35,994 nucleotides of DNA, taken from Anaerolineae bacterium (GTDB lineage: Bacteria > Chloroflexota > Anaerolineae > JAADDB01). The DNA lies in NCBI GenBank assembly GCA_026983525.1, contig JALWHQ010000424.1, forward strand, positions 1 to 35,994, read 5' to 3'. Below are positions 8,437 to 17,788 of the stretch, piece after piece; the stretch's first letter is position 1; every line of letters starts with the position of its first letter. The notes beneath the pieces are model-generated. The model was not told the origin of the DNA. It saw nothing but the letters and a program-made list of their open reading frames with translations, and searched no databases. The translations under genes and the position numbers were made by a program.

Positions 8437-8886
8437 CTATGAGTCCTCTTCTGCCAACGGCCAGGGGAAGTGTTCCAGGGCCACGCGCGCTTCCTGCAGG
8501 AATTGCACGGCCAGGGGATCTGGATACTCGCCCGCGTACACCACGCGTACGAGCCCGGCATTGATAATCATCTTCGCGCAGGTCAGGCACGGCTGGTGGG
8601 TGACGTAAATGGTCCCGCCCCGCACGCTTACCCCGTGAAGCGCGGCCTGGATGATGGCGTTTTGTTCCGCGTGGAGGGTGCGCACACAATGCCCCCCCAC
8701 CATCAGGTGTCCCACATCATCACAGTGAGGGAGGCCCATGGGGGCGCCGTTGTAGCCGGTGGTGAGGATGCGCTTTTCCTTGACGATGATGGCGCCCACA
8801 TGGGCTCGATCGCAGGTGCTGCGCGTGGCAACTTGAAAGGCAATGCTCATGAAGTATTCATCCCAGGAGGGGCGCTTTTGGCCCAT
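8437..8886 (-). CDS. dCMP deaminase (ComEB / cytidine-deoxycytidylate deaminase family)
   Basis: 149 aa. The start is PSWDEYFM. The zinc motifs HAEQNAI and PCLTCAKMIINAG are present. Confidence 0.85.
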   Translation of the reverse strand: MGQKRPSWDEYFMSIAFQVATRSTCDRAHVGAIIVKEKRILTTGYNGAPMGLPHCDDVGHLMVGGHCVRTLHAEQNAIIQAALHGVSVRGGTIYVTHQPCLTCAKMIINAGLVRVVYAGEYPDPLAVQFLQEARVALEHFPWPLAEEDS

Positions 8887-8907
8887 GTGTTACCTCGACT
8901 TTCGGAA

Positions 8908-9579
8908 TCAAGTACCAAAGAGACGATCGCCCGCGTCGCCCAGACCAGGAACGATGTACCCGGCCGGTGGGTCGCCTGGCTTTTGGGGAGGCGGTGTCAG
9001 GTGATCGTCCAACACGGCAAGGAAGATTTCGACATCTGAGAATCGGCTACGGACAAATTCGACGCCTTCGGGCGCGCCTACCAATCCGAGAAACTTGACC
9101 CGTTTCACCCCCCGTTTTTTGAGAAGGGCAATGGTGGCTGCTGCTGAGCCACCCGTTGCCAGCATAGGATCCAGCACAAGGCCCAGGCTGATGGGCATTT
9201 CTGGGGGTAACTTTTCGTAGTAGGTAATAGGCTGCAAGGTTTCTTCGTCCCGATAGATGCCGACAGGCCAGACGGTAGCATTAGGGACTACGCTGAGCAC
9301 GCCTTCTACTAAACCAAGGCCCGCGCGTAGGATGGGCACTAGGCCCACACGCTCGTCGAGATCGTAGCCCGTAGTTTCGGCAAGAGGCGTACGAACCTGC
9401 CGTGGTTTGATGCGTGCATCATACAGGGCGGCCCATGCAAGCCATGTAGCCACTTCTTGGGCCAGATTTCGGAACTCCCGATGGTGCGTGTTCACGTCGC
9501 GCATCAAGGTTATTTTCGTTTTCGTGAGCGGGTGCTCGCTCACGAAAACGCCGGGCTGGATTTCTCGAACCCATTCCAT
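8908..9579 (-). CDS. upp: Uracil phosphoribosyltransferase
   Basis: The PRPP loop LVLDPMLATGGSA and the C-terminal YIVPGLGDAGDRLFGT are present. The start is taken at the ATG at 9579 (GAGAGGAG upstream) rather than the ORF-track start at 9627. Confidence 0.88.
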   Translation of the reverse strand: MEWVREIQPGVFVSEHPLTKTKITLMRDVNTHHREFRNLAQEVATWLAWAALYDARIKPRQVRTPLAETTGYDLDERVGLVPILRAGLGLVEGVLSVVPNATVWPVGIYRDEETLQPITYYEKLPPEMPISLGLVLDPMLATGGSAAATIALLKKRGVKRVKFLGLVGAPEGVEFVRSRFSDVEIFLAVLDDHLTPPPQKPGDPPAGYIVPGLGDAGDRLFGT

Positions 9580-9592
9580 GTGTGGACTCCTC

Positions 9593-10006
9593 TCATTCCA
9601 ACTGTAAGAAACGCCGTGCCCGCTCACTCAATTGACTTAGCTCGCGGTGTCGCCCCATTTTCACCAAGCGCTCGACCTCTGCCTGGCATTTTACACAAAG
9701 GGATGCATCGGGGTACACCTCAAGCCGTTCTATGGGAATTTCCTGTCCACAGCGTTCACAAATGCCGTAAGTGCCTCTTTCCATGGCTTGTAGTGCGGAG
9801 CGCACCGATGCCAAACGGTTTTCCAAGGCAACCAGGAGTGCTACATTTTTCTCGCGTTCGATTACCTCCGGGTCTCCCTCTTCGATTTCGATCTCCACTT
9901 CTCCCGTGCGCACCTGTGCGCTCAGGTTTTCGATTTCATGTAAGAGCTGCTCCTCTTCTTCCAGTAACATTTCGCGTAATTTGGAGAAATCCCGTGTTTC
10001 GTTCAT
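9593..10006 (-). CDS. DksA/TraR-family C4 zinc-finger protein
   Basis: An acidic coiled-coil N-terminus is followed by CERCGQEIPIERLEVYPDASLCVKCQ. The start is taken at the ATG at 10006 (MNETRDFSKLREMLL). Confidence 0.75.
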   Translation of the reverse strand: MNETRDFSKLREMLLEEEEQLLHEIENLSAQVRTGEVEIEIEEGDPEVIEREKNVALLVALENRLASVRSALQAMERGTYGICERCGQEIPIERLEVYPDASLCVKCQAEVERLVKMGRHRELSQLSERARRFLQLE

Positions 10007-10298
10007 GTCGTCTCTCGCCCTGTGAGGTTTTTGTCCTAACTTCGTGCAGCGCGGAAATTTTCTCAAAAGAGCGGGAAATTGTCAACTTGTCGACTTCCCA
10101 TAAATTGCGGGGAGCACAACCTCATTGTGTCAGAGCGTTGGAGGAGTATGGTTACTGCTTCTTTTCCCAGTCCTTGTTCTTGACCGATATTGGCCGGGGG
10201 AAAGGGCATTTGCGTAACCTTATTTGCCAGTTGTGCGTCTTTTACCACAGCCAAGGGTTGAGATAACGGAAGAGCCGAAGGGAGGGGGACCTCACAAC

Positions 10299-13200
10299 AT
10301 GAAAAAATTTATACCTTTGGGAGACATGAAACATTGGCTTACGTTGGTTCTCCCTCTGGTATTTGTCGGATTGCTGGTAAGCCTCTCGCCTTTTTCCTCT
10401 GATGCGGCCCTGACTCGTGTCCGTTATCTCACGCCTTACCCGACCCCACGCAATAACCCTATGTCATTGGTGCGCTATCCGGGCATCTACGCGGTGGATT
10501 TCTGGTGGGGGTTAGACCCTAACCGCTATCACTTGGTAGGTGCACTCTACAACGGCATCAATTGGTCGCAAGTCGAGACGCAACCCGGTCAATACGACTG
10601 GACGGTCATCGATCAGTGGCTGGACTTCCAACTCTCAACGGGCAAAGTGGGCGGGCTGCCCATTAGCACGTACAATGGCCGATGTTGTGGGGGAATTGGG
10701 GCCCTGCCTCCTTACCTGCGTCAGCCCGATACCCTGATTCAAGTGGCACCTGACTGGTACATCCCCAACTATTGGAGTCCTAAGTACCTTAACGCGTACA
10801 AGAACTTTATCTATGCCTTGGGGCGACGCTATCGGAATGATCCCCGCGTCGAATGGGTGGCCATTGCGACAGGTATATACGGAGAGACGCGCGCGGCGGA
10901 CTGGGTCGATATCGGGGTTCTGCGCAACATGGGTATTACCAGTCAGATGTGGATCGATTATGTGAATCAAGTAGCGGACTGGTATCTTGATGCCTTCAGT
11001 GAAAATGGCCAGTTGAAGAAAGTATTGCTCCAACAGGCTGCGCCTTATACATTCTCTCCGCGGGAGCGCACAGCCATTCAATTGTACGCGGTACAACGGG
11101 GTATTGGAATCTCCTTGAATGCCCTTTTTCCCCAACAGGAAAATGCTTATTATGCGGAGAACTCTGCGTGCAATCTGTGTGGCATTTATGATGTAGTTAC
11201 GGCCTACCAGGAACAAATTCCTCTGGCGTTCGAAACGTATGAAATGTTTTTGTGCACGGAGACGTTCGTTTACTGGGGCATGTTGAATGGCTTGGACAAA
11301 CATCCCACCTACCTTCGGTTGGATGAAGATCTTTTCTATAAGACACCACCAAACGATCCTCCCAAGGACGGTAGCAGAGACAAGGTCGAGAATATTCGCC
11401 TTTTCGGATGGGTCTCCAAATATCTGGGGGTGACCCCTAACACTTCCCCCAGTGCGTGGGTGGCCTTGCGCGAGCACATCTACCCGGATCAAAAGTGCTG
11501 GCAAACGGCACCTGGACCCGCGCCCAATAAGCCCGACTGGGGCAATTACGAATTTTACCTGCAGCAGGATGATGGTGTTCCGGGGGGGCGTACGGTTCCC
11601 GCTACCAACGATCCCAGCGTCGTACACATGCGTTACCATTACAACCCTTACGACCCGAAAATCCCGCCTGGGCGTGAGGGGTGGAGTACGCGACGTACCG
11701 ATCAGGCCAGTGGCAATCCTTACATGTGGTTCAAACTCGACGATCGTTTCCTGTTTGGGGGCTCAAACACCGTTACTGTCACTGTGACGTATCTTGATGT
11801 GGGTACAGACGCCTGGCAATTGCGTTATGATGCAGCCGGAGGCATCGAGAAAGCAGCCGTACCTCGCGGGGCGACGGTTCCTGTTGTCCAAAAACGCAAC
11901 ACAGGTACGTGGCAACAGGCAGTCTTTGTAATACCTGATGCCCGTTTTGCTAATGGGTTGCGTGGGGGGAGCGATTTTGTCATCGATTCCCTCAATGATG
12001 GAGATGAGTACATTCACTTTGTGGACGTTGCACGGCCTGGCGCAAATCCTGGGCCTCCCCCTCCGCCTGATCCGCTTCCTACTCCTACACCGACCTTGTC
12101 CGCGCGTGCCCGCTATCAAGTTCCTTATCTGCCAACGCCTCCAACCTTGGACGGTGATGTAAGCGAATGGCAGGGTATTCCTTCTTTCCGTTTGAATTTG
12201 AACACAGCCTCTTTCGTCTCCATTAAACAACATGCTTTACCTACCGATCCAGATGTTACCCTATGGGTTGGGTGGCGGCCAGAGGGCCTATACGTGGCGG
12301 CTCAGGTTCAGGACGCCAGCCACGTGAGCGATAGTGCAGACATATGGCGAGATGACTCGATAGAAATTGGAATAGATAGTACGGATGATGGCAGGGTCGA
12401 TTGGAATCAGGGAGACCGTCAGTATACCATAGCGATTGATGGTCGCGTGGCACGGCACGGGTTTGCGAGCACGGACCTACAGCCCACTATTCGGAGAACA
12501 TCGGGTGGATGGGTAGTGGAAACGTTAATTCCACATAATAGATTAAACCTCGCACCGCTTTCACAGGGGCAAAAATTAGGTTTCACCTTTGGGTATCACG
12601 ATGATGACGATGGTCAGGATTGGGATACTTATCTCATTTGGCAAGGGAATAGTACGAGTAAGAACACGTACCAGTGGGCATCGCTGTCGCTCGTTACCTG
12701 TACAGGAACGTGTCCTACAGCGACTCCAACTCCTACTCCCACGCCTGTGTCTTCACCATCTCCAACTGCAACTCCTACTGTTGCTGCCTCTCCCACGCCG
12801 ACGCCTACGCCTACCTTGGATCCGGATCGTACACTGCTTTTTGCTTATCGCACCGATATCGGCGTAGATGGGAATTTAGGGGAATGGTCTGTACCCCTTG
12901 CAATCTTGGATGCATCTACGGCCCAGACCGTGCTTAATTCGCCTCCCTCTGCCGATCCGCGTGTGTACTTATACGGAGCCTGGAACGAGACGGGGCTTTA
13001 TCTGGCCGCGCGCATTACCGACACCATGCTCTTTACGGATAGCCTCAAACTTTGGTACGATGACTCTCTGGAGTTCGGCATCGACGGGGCTCACGATCAC
13101 CAAGCCCATTGGGATCAAGATGACCATCAATTCACTATTGGTGTGGATGGGCGTGTAGCCCGCTTTGCAGTGCCCATATCGAGCCTCTCTCCGGCTATCC

Positions 13201-14960
13201 GACGCACGGGTACGGGTTGGGACGTAGAAGTTTGGATTCCTGCGGGTGTGCTGAAGGCTGGCGCATTAGAAAGTGGCAAGGTCATTGGATTTACATTTGC
13301 TTACAACGATGATGATGATGGTGGGGCGCGCGATCATTATCTTGTATGGGCAAGCAACAATACCACTCAAAGCAAAGCCGACTATGGACACATTGTTTTG
13401 GAGGCTCCTTCCTCGCCCGGGACTGTGCCTACGTCAACACCAACCCCGACTCTGGCCGTCTCGCCAACGAATACACCCACGCCTACCCCAACCCCAACAT
13501 CTGTAGGATTACCCACGGCTACACCTACTCCTACTTTATCCCCTACGCCGACGTCCACGCCAACGCCCACGCATACGCCTACTGCTACCGCGACGCCTAC
13601 CCCCACATCCACTCCCACCGCTACGCCGACTTTGACACCAACGCCTTCTCCCACCGCGACTTACACCCCCACACCCACTCATACGCCGACTCCCACGCCT
13701 ACATCGACGCCTACCCCAACACCTACACCTTCACCAACTAACACCCCCACACCCGATCCTGCTCGGATAATAGAGTTCCCATATCGGACCGATGTGGCCG
13801 TAGACGGCGTATTACGGGAGTGGGGGGAAACCTTGGCCACTCTCGATAGGACAACTGCTCGCACGATGAGTACAGTCCCCCCGAGAGATGATGATCCGCG
13901 CGTGGAACTCTATGGGGCCTGGAATGAAGGGGGGCTCTACATCGCAGCCCGAGTGAGCGATGCGGTCACCCAAAGCGATAGCAACGCTCTCTGGCACGAC
14001 GATTCCATCGAGTTAGGCATTGATGGACGTAACGATCACGAGGCTCACTGGGACCAAGACGATCATCAGTTCACCATTGGAGTGGATGGCCGGGTAACGC
14101 GTTTTGCCACGCCCATCGCATCTCTCGTATCGGAAGTGCGTACCACGGAAGGGGGCTGGCTGATGGAAGTATGGATCCCTGCAGAGGTGCTCAACGCGGG
14201 TGCGCTCACCACCGGCCGCATGATCGGGTTTACTTTCGCTTACAACGACGATGACGACGGAGGAAGACGCGACTACTACCTCGTTTGGGCCAGTGATAAT
14301 ACTACCCAGAGCAAAGCGGATTATGGGCATATTTTGTTGGGAGATCCTGTCACCCCTACCCCCACACCAACGCTCACCCCTACACCTACTCCAACCTTTA
14401 CGGCAACGCCCACATATACTCCAACCTCAACGCCGACACCGACGCCCACGAATACGCCCACGCCCACATCGACACCTACATCCACACCTACGTGGACGCC
14501 CACCTATACGCCTACCCCAACATCCACGCCCACTCCTACACCGACACCTACGCCAACACGTACACCTACCCCTACGACCACACCAACTGCGACGTCCACT
14601 CCCACGCCCACTCCCTCGCCCACACCCAACTGTGGAACCAATTGCGAGGTAGTTATCGTAGGACAACTCTTTTTCGACGGAGATGGAAACGGTGTGTATA
14701 ACCTTGGGGACAGGCCCATTCGTTATGAGCGCTTGCTTCTTACGAGGGGACAACTACAGGCAGCGTATGTGACGTTCACAGATTCTGAGGGGCATTTCAC
14801 GTTTCCGCCGGTGCCGGCTGGACGTTACTTGCTGTATCTGCGCCAGCAGGATGGCGGGCTTTTGCTTAGGGTGGTCGATGCTACCTCGGAGCAAGTGGTT
14901 CGGGTTGTGCTCTCCTTGCCATTGACACAACGGACGAGTGTACCTTATATCGCGCGATAG
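10299..14960 (+). CDS. Large secreted multidomain carbohydrate-active protein: signal anchor, glycoside-hydrolase-like TIM-barrel region, three CBM9-like modules with Pro-Thr linkers, and a C-terminal SdrD-B/Cna-B-like fold
   Basis: The ATG at 10299 follows GAAGGGAGGGGG. The N-terminus is [55 protein letters not shown] resembles the GH42/GH35-type motif. The three CBM9-like modules carry W(R/Y/H)DDS(I/L)E(I/F/L)GID and D(Q/R)Q(Y/F)TI...DGRV motifs. The C-terminal [14 protein letters not shown]...[19 protein letters not shown] resembles an SdrD B-like domain. The catalytic family is not certain. Confidence 0.8.
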   Translation: MKKFIPLGDMKHWLTLVLPLVFVGLLVSLSPFSSDAALTRVRYLTPYPTPRNNPMSLVRYPGIYAVDFWWGLDPNRYHLVGALYNGINWSQVETQPGQYDWTVIDQWLDFQLSTGKVGGLPISTYNGRCCGGIGALPPYLRQPDTLIQVAPDWYIPNYWSPKYLNAYKNFIYALGRRYRNDPRVEWVAIATGIYGETRAADWVDIGVLRNMGITSQMWIDYVNQVADWYLDAFSENGQLKKVLLQQAAPYTFSPRERTAIQLYAVQRGIGISLNALFPQQENAYYAENSACNLCGIYDVVTAYQEQIPLAFETYEMFLCTETFVYWGMLNGLDKHPTYLRLDEDLFYKTPPNDPPKDGSRDKVENIRLFGWVSKYLGVTPNTSPSAWVALREHIYPDQKCWQTAPGPAPNKPDWGNYEFYLQQDDGVPGGRTVPATNDPSVVHMRYHYNPYDPKIPPGREGWSTRRTDQASGNPYMWFKLDDRFLFGGSNTVTVTVTYLDVGTDAWQLRYDAAGGIEKAAVPRGATVPVVQKRNTGTWQQAVFVIPDARFANGLRGGSDFVIDSLNDGDEYIHFVDVARPGANPGPPPPPDPLPTPTPTLSARARYQVPYLPTPPTLDGDVSEWQGIPSFRLNLNTASFVSIKQHALPTDPDVTLWVGWRPEGLYVAAQVQDASHVSDSADIWRDDSIEIGIDSTDDGRVDWNQGDRQYTIAIDGRVARHGFASTDLQPTIRRTSGGWVVETLIPHNRLNLAPLSQGQKLGFTFGYHDDDDGQDWDTYLIWQGNSTSKNTYQWASLSLVTCTGTCPTATPTPTPTPVSSPSPTATPTVAASPTPTPTPTLDPDRTLLFAYRTDIGVDGNLGEWSVPLAILDASTAQTVLNSPPSADPRVYLYGAWNETGLYLAARITDTMLFTDSLKLWYDDSLEFGIDGAHDHQAHWDQDDHQFTIGVDGRVARFAVPISSLSPAIRRTGTGWDVEVWIPAGVLKAGALESGKVIGFTFAYNDDDDGGARDHYLVWASNNTTQSKADYGHIVLEAPSSPGTVPTSTPTPTLAVSPTNTPTPTPTPTSVGLPTATPTPTLSPTPTSTPTPTHTPTATATPTPTSTPTATPTLTPTPSPTATYTPTPTHTPTPTPTSTPTPTPTPSPTNTPTPDPARIIEFPYRTDVAVDGVLREWGETLATLDRTTARTMSTVPPRDDDPRVELYGAWNEGGLYIAARVSDAVTQSDSNALWHDDSIELGIDGRNDHEAHWDQDDHQFTIGVDGRVTRFATPIASLVSEVRTTEGGWLMEVWIPAEVLNAGALTTGRMIGFTFAYNDDDDGGRRDYYLVWASDNTTQSKADYGHILLGDPVTPTPTPTLTPTPTPTFTATPTYTPTSTPTPTPTNTPTPTSTPTSTPTWTPTYTPTPTSTPTPTPTPTPTRTPTPTTTPTATSTPTPTPSPTPNCGTNCEVVIVGQLFFDGDGNGVYNLGDRPIRYERLLLTRGQLQAAYVTFTDSEGHFTFPPVPAGRYLLYLRQQDGGLLLRVVDATSEQVVRVVLSLPLTQRTSVPYIAR
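12103..12700 (+). repeat. CBM9-like module, copy 1 (the most diverged) within the large CDS
   Basis: Motifs seen: [21 protein letters not shown]...[16 protein letters not shown]...[11 protein letters not shown]...[12 protein letters not shown]...[12 protein letters not shown]. Confidence 0.65.
12714..12816 (+). repeat. Pro-Thr linker 1 (low-complexity ACNCCN codon repeats)
   Basis: It encodes [34 protein letters not shown]. Confidence 0.85.
12817..13406 (+). repeat. CBM9-like module, copy 2 (paralogous to copy 3)
   Basis: Motifs seen: [14 protein letters not shown]...[18 protein letters not shown]...[38 protein letters not shown]...[38 protein letters not shown]. Confidence 0.75.
13407..13760 (+). 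repeat. Pro-Thr linker 2 (about 118 codons)
   Basis: It encodes [32 protein letters not shown]...[26 protein letters not shown]. Confidence 0.85.
13761..14346 (+). repeat. CBM9-like module, copy 3 (paralogous to copy 2)
   Basis: Motifs seen: [14 protein letters not shown]...[18 protein letters not shown]...[38 protein letters not shown]...[38 protein letters not shown]. Long identical peptide stretches are shared with copy 2, but synonymous sites differ. Confidence 0.75.
14347..14629 (+). repeat. Pro-Thr linker 3 (about 94 codons)
   Basis: It encodes [42 protein letters not shown]...[10 protein letters not shown]. Confidence 0.85.
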
Positions 14961-14961
14961 T

Positions 14962-15002
14962 GACTGGTGGGACAAGGATCACCATTCTTTGTCCCACCAG
15001 TC
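14962..15002. terminator. Hairpin at the convergent junction of the large CDS and thrC (candidate bidirectional terminator overlapping the thrC 3' end)
   Basis: A perfect 14-bp stem pairs GACTGGTGGGACAA (14962-14975) with TTGTCCCACCAGTC (14989-15002), with a 13-nt loop. The right arm also encodes the thrC C-terminal DWWDKEW. Confidence 0.45.
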
Positions 15003-16346
15003 GCGCTCCATCCGTTCCATCTTGTCAAGGCGACGCCGGATGGTGTCCTGTACCACAGTGGGGTCGGGGGGCAGGTAAATGGGGGGATTCGCATGTCGTG
15101 CCACAACCCCGTCCAGCGTGTTTTCGTGATATCCCACCTTGAATTGGGTGAACTTTAGCCCGTGTGCAGTGGAGATGACGACTACCTGATCGTCCTTCTT
15201 GATGATGCCGCGCTTCACCAGTTTGAAGAGCACAGCCAGGGCCACCCCCGTATGCGGACACGTGTACATCCCCGTCCGATCGGCCACAGCCGCCGCGTTG
15301 GCCAGTTCGTCCTCCGTTGCTTGTTCGACGATGCCGTCGAACATTTGCAGCGTTTTGACCGCCTTGTCGTAGGAGACGGGGTTGCCTATCTGGATGGCTG
15401 AGGCCAGGGTGGGTTGGGCCTTGATGGTCACCTTTTCCTTGAACCCCGTTTGATAACTGCGGTAGAGGGGGTTGGCGCGTTCGGCTTGGGCTGCGACAAG
15501 GCGGGGAAGTTTGTTGATGATACCCAGTTCCTTGAGTAGTAGCAACCCCTTGCCCAGGGCGCTTATGTTGCCCAGGTTCCCGACAGGGATGATGATCCAG
15601 TCCGGGACGGCCCAATCAAACTGCTGGACGATTTCGATGCTGACCGTTTTCTGGCCTTCGATGCGCAGGGAGTTCATGGAATTGGCCAGGTAGATGGTCT
15701 CGTCCTTGGTGATTTCTTGCACAACGCGCATGCAACCGTCGAAGTCAGTGTCCAGGGCGAGGACAAGCGCGCCGTTCGCTATCGGCTGAATGAGTTGGTC
15801 GACGCTCACCTTACCTTGGGGGAGAATGACGATGGCCGGGATGCCCGCGGCTGCGGCATAGGCGGCCAGTGCGGCCGATGTGTCGCCCGTAGAGGCTGCG
15901 GCCACAGCTCGAATGGGCTTGCCCATGGCCCGCATCTGTTGAACCGCGGAGACCAGGACGGTCATGCCCAGGTCTTTGAATGACCCGGTGTGGCTGTTGC
16001 CGCACAGTTTCACCCACAGGTCCGGCACACCGATTTGTTCCCCCAGACGCGTGGCCTGGAAGAGGTTAGTGTTTCCCTCGAACATGCTGACGATGTTTTC
16101 ATTGTCGATGTTTGGGAGCACCCACTCCTTGTACCGCCACACGCCCGATCCGTATGGCCACTGGGTTGTGCCAGCCCGATCCTCCATAATGCGCATCCAG
16201 GCTGCCGCGCTGCGATTCTTCAATGCTTCCACATTGTGCACGACTTCCAGAAGGCCACCACAGGTAGGGCAACGGTAGATAACGTCGTACACAGAGTACC
16301 GGCCAGGACATCCGTGGAAACATTGGAACCAGGCTTCATATGTCAT
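14979..16346 (-). CDS. thrC: Threonine synthase
   Basis: The N-terminal zinc-ribbon-like segment [23 protein letters not shown] and the PLP lysine motif [10 protein letters not shown] are present, with the fold continuing through TGDTSAA. The start is taken at the ATG at 16346 (MTYEAWFQC), not the ORF-track start at 16421. Confidence 0.88.
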   Translation of the reverse strand: MTYEAWFQCFHGCPGRYSVYDVIYRCPTCGGLLEVVHNVEALKNRSAAAWMRIMEDRAGTTQWPYGSGVWRYKEWVLPNIDNENIVSMFEGNTNLFQATRLGEQIGVPDLWVKLCGNSHTGSFKDLGMTVLVSAVQQMRAMGKPIRAVAAASTGDTSAALAAYAAAAGIPAIVILPQGKVSVDQLIQPIANGALVLALDTDFDGCMRVVQEITKDETIYLANSMNSLRIEGQKTVSIEIVQQFDWAVPDWIIIPVGNLGNISALGKGLLLLKELGIINKLPRLVAAQAERANPLYRSYQTGFKEKVTIKAQPTLASAIQIGNPVSYDKAVKTLQMFDGIVEQATEDELANAAAVADRTGMYTCPHTGVALAVLFKLVKRGIIKKDDQVVVISTAHGLKFTQFKVGYHENTLDGVVARHANPPIYLPPDPTVVQDTIRRRLDKMERMERDWWDKEW

Positions 16347-16405
16347 ATGGCACTTCCCCGATTGTGAAAGATGAACGTGGCTGGATGTGGGGCGATTCCG
16401 GGATA

Positions 16406-16434
16406 AGTTTAGCATGCGCACGTGATAGGGGCAA
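16406..16434 (-). promoter_or_regulatory. Candidate thrC promoter, TTGCCC-17 nt-TAAACT with a TGc extension
   Basis: Read on the minus strand, the -35 TTGCCC is the complement of 16429-16434 and the -10 TGcTAAACT is the complement of 16406-16414. The spacer is 17 nt. It lies about 60 nt upstream of the thrC ATG. Confidence 0.35.
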
Positions 16435-16591
16435 CCGCATCTTGCCCCTTGTGCGTGGTTACTTCATTCGTCGTTTCTCTCCGTATTTCGTATACGGAGT
16501 AACGGAGAAGTGGTAATGTTGTGTCAGGGTTTTGTTGTTATGGGCTTCTTGCTCTGACCCTCGAAAATCCTTCTGGGAAGTTGTGTATTTA

Positions 16592-16600
16592 TGCTATAAT
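16592..16600 (+). promoter_or_regulatory. Extended -10 element TGcTATAAT upstream of the glycosyltransferase operon
   Basis: TGcTATAAT lies at 16592-16600, 28 nt upstream of the GTG at 16628. The SD sequence GAAGGAGAGG lies at 16611-16620. Confidence 0.4.
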
Positions 16601-16627
16601 CTCCACGCCCGAAGGAGAGGTAAACAA

Positions 16628-17788
16628 GTGGCCAGAGGTTCTCACGTTGTGCTCAATGCGTTGCTGATGAATCTGTCCCCGACCTATCGGGGTGCCGGCA
16701 TTAGCGCTTATGAGCAGCATCTGCTCTCTTCTCTGGCTTCTGTGGAGAAGGATATGACGTTTACGGCCGTTGTTGCCGAGCCTGTATGGCAGGCTCCACA
16801 ACCTATGCGTGTTTATCGCGCGCCCAGGTGGGTCCAGCGCCCCATGTTGCGCATCCTGTGGGAGCAGGTCCGCTTACCCCTGGTAGCGCGACAGATCAAG
16901 GCCCACCTGCTTCATGCCCTGGCTTTTGTGGCCCCGGTACAGGGCCTTTCCATCCCCCACATAGTGACCGTTCATGACTTGAGTTTCGTGCGCTTCCCAC
17001 GAACGCTTCCTGCCTGGAAGGCCCGCTACCTCCGCTGGTTCACGCGCGTGAGCCTGACGCGCGCGGCTCGCATCATCGCCGTATCTGAGAGCACCCGCCG
17101 TGACGTGTTGGCCTGGCTTTCTTTGCCGCCCCATCGGGTCGTCGCCGTGCCCAACGGTGTGGAGTCCCGCTTTCGCCCGCTTCCGTCTGGAGAGGTGGAG
17201 CAATGGCGCGCTCGCAAGGGACTCCCAGAGCGATTTGTGCTTTACCTGGGCACCCTTCAGCCCCGCAAGAATTTGGAGACTCTGGTGCGCGCGTTCGCTC
17301 AATGGCGAAGAGAGGCCCCTTCTTCCATGCATGATGTGGCCCTCATCCTGGCGGGGGCGAAGGGGTGGTTCTACTCTCGCCTGTTTCGTTTGGTGGATGA
17401 ACTGAAGGTGCGCGATCATGTGCTGTTTCCCGGCTATATCCCGTCCGAGGAATTGCCCCTTTGGTACAACGCCGCCACCCTTTTCGCTTATCCATCCTTG
17501 TTCGAGGGCTTTGGTTTGCCCGTGTTAGAAGCCATGGCCTGTGGCACGGCTGTGCTGGCCGCGGATTCATCGTCCCTGCCGGAGATTGTGGGTGACGCGG
17601 GCTTGTTGCTTCCGCCTACCGATGTGGAGGCCTGGGCCAAGGCGCTGGGAGGTCTACTTGCTGACGAAGAAAGGCGAGCAGCGTTGGGACAGGCGGGTGT
17701 GGCACGGGCGCGAAATTTCTCTTGGGAGCGCACGGCCCGTGAGACCATAGCGATCTATCAGGACGTCCTGAGCACTATCCATGAATAA
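16628..17788 (+). CDS. Glycosyltransferase family 4 (GT-B, retaining type)
   Basis: The motifs YPSLFEGFGLPVLEAMACGTAVLAADSSSLPEIVGD (E-x7-E region) and LGTLQPRKN are present. The start is taken at the GTG at 16628, behind a strong SD. The ORF track opens at 16532. Confidence 0.85.
   Translation: MARGSHVVLNALLMNLSPTYRGAGISAYEQHLLSSLASVEKDMTFTAVVAEPVWQAPQPMRVYRAPRWVQRPMLRILWEQVRLPLVARQIKAHLLHALAFVAPVQGLSIPHIVTVHDLSFVRFPRTLPAWKARYLRWFTRVSLTRAARIIAVSESTRRDVLAWLSLPPHRVVAVPNGVESRFRPLPSGEVEQWRARKGLPERFVLYLGTLQPRKNLETLVRAFAQWRREAPSSMHDVALILAGAKGWFYSRLFRLVDELKVRDHVLFPGYIPSEELPLWYNAATLFAYPSLFEGFGLPVLEAMACGTAVLAADSSSLPEIVGDAGLLLPPTDVEAWAKALGGLLADEERRAALGQAGVARARNFSWERTARETIAIYQDVLSTIHE

Noticed and set aside
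8397-8561. N-terminal extensions given by the longest-ORF calls (aor to 8561, upp to 9627, dksA-like to 10066, thrC to 16421, methyltransferase to 28126, pfkB to 29816, GT4 to 23362, M1 peptidase to 24941, exoprotein from 10224, rtcB from 5047)
   Set aside because: In each case an internal ATG or GTG preceded by a GGAG-type SD yields the family-typical N-terminus or a signal peptide. The extension would overlap the neighbouring gene or encode Arg/Cys/Trp-rich junk.
10007-10298. Short direct repeats (GCGGAAATT / GCGGGAAATT, TTGTCAAC / TTGTCGAC) in the divergent dksA-like / exoprotein intergenic region
   Set aside because: They are imperfect and short, with no consistent spacing or dyad symmetry. 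I could not place a convincing promoter relative to them, so the evidence is too weak for a regulatory site.
12714-14629. Possible CRISPR-like or minisatellite array, suggested by the periodic repeats
   Set aside because: The period is 6 nt (codon pairs for Pro-Thr). There are no 25-40-nt repeats alternating with unique spacers, and the region is in-frame coding sequence. The heptamer arrays at 32-35.7 kb likewise have no spacers.
12589-14753. Numerous short ORFs on both strands inside the Pro-Thr linker regions (for example 13346-13741, 14251-14652, 13382-13654, 14504-14719)
   Set aside because: They are alternative readings of ACNCCN repeats, producing His/Tyr/Arg-rich or Gly/Val-rich peptides. 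They lie entirely within the well-supported 1553-aa CDS.
16347-16560. Possible T-box or other riboswitch in the 281-nt gap upstream of thrC, which contains two small hairpins (16428-16448 and 16479-16499)
   Set aside because: Read on the thrC strand there is no T-box sequence (GGGTGGTACCGCG-like) or specifier-loop arrangement. The best promoter match leaves a leader of only about 50 nt. The hairpins lie upstream of that promoter.
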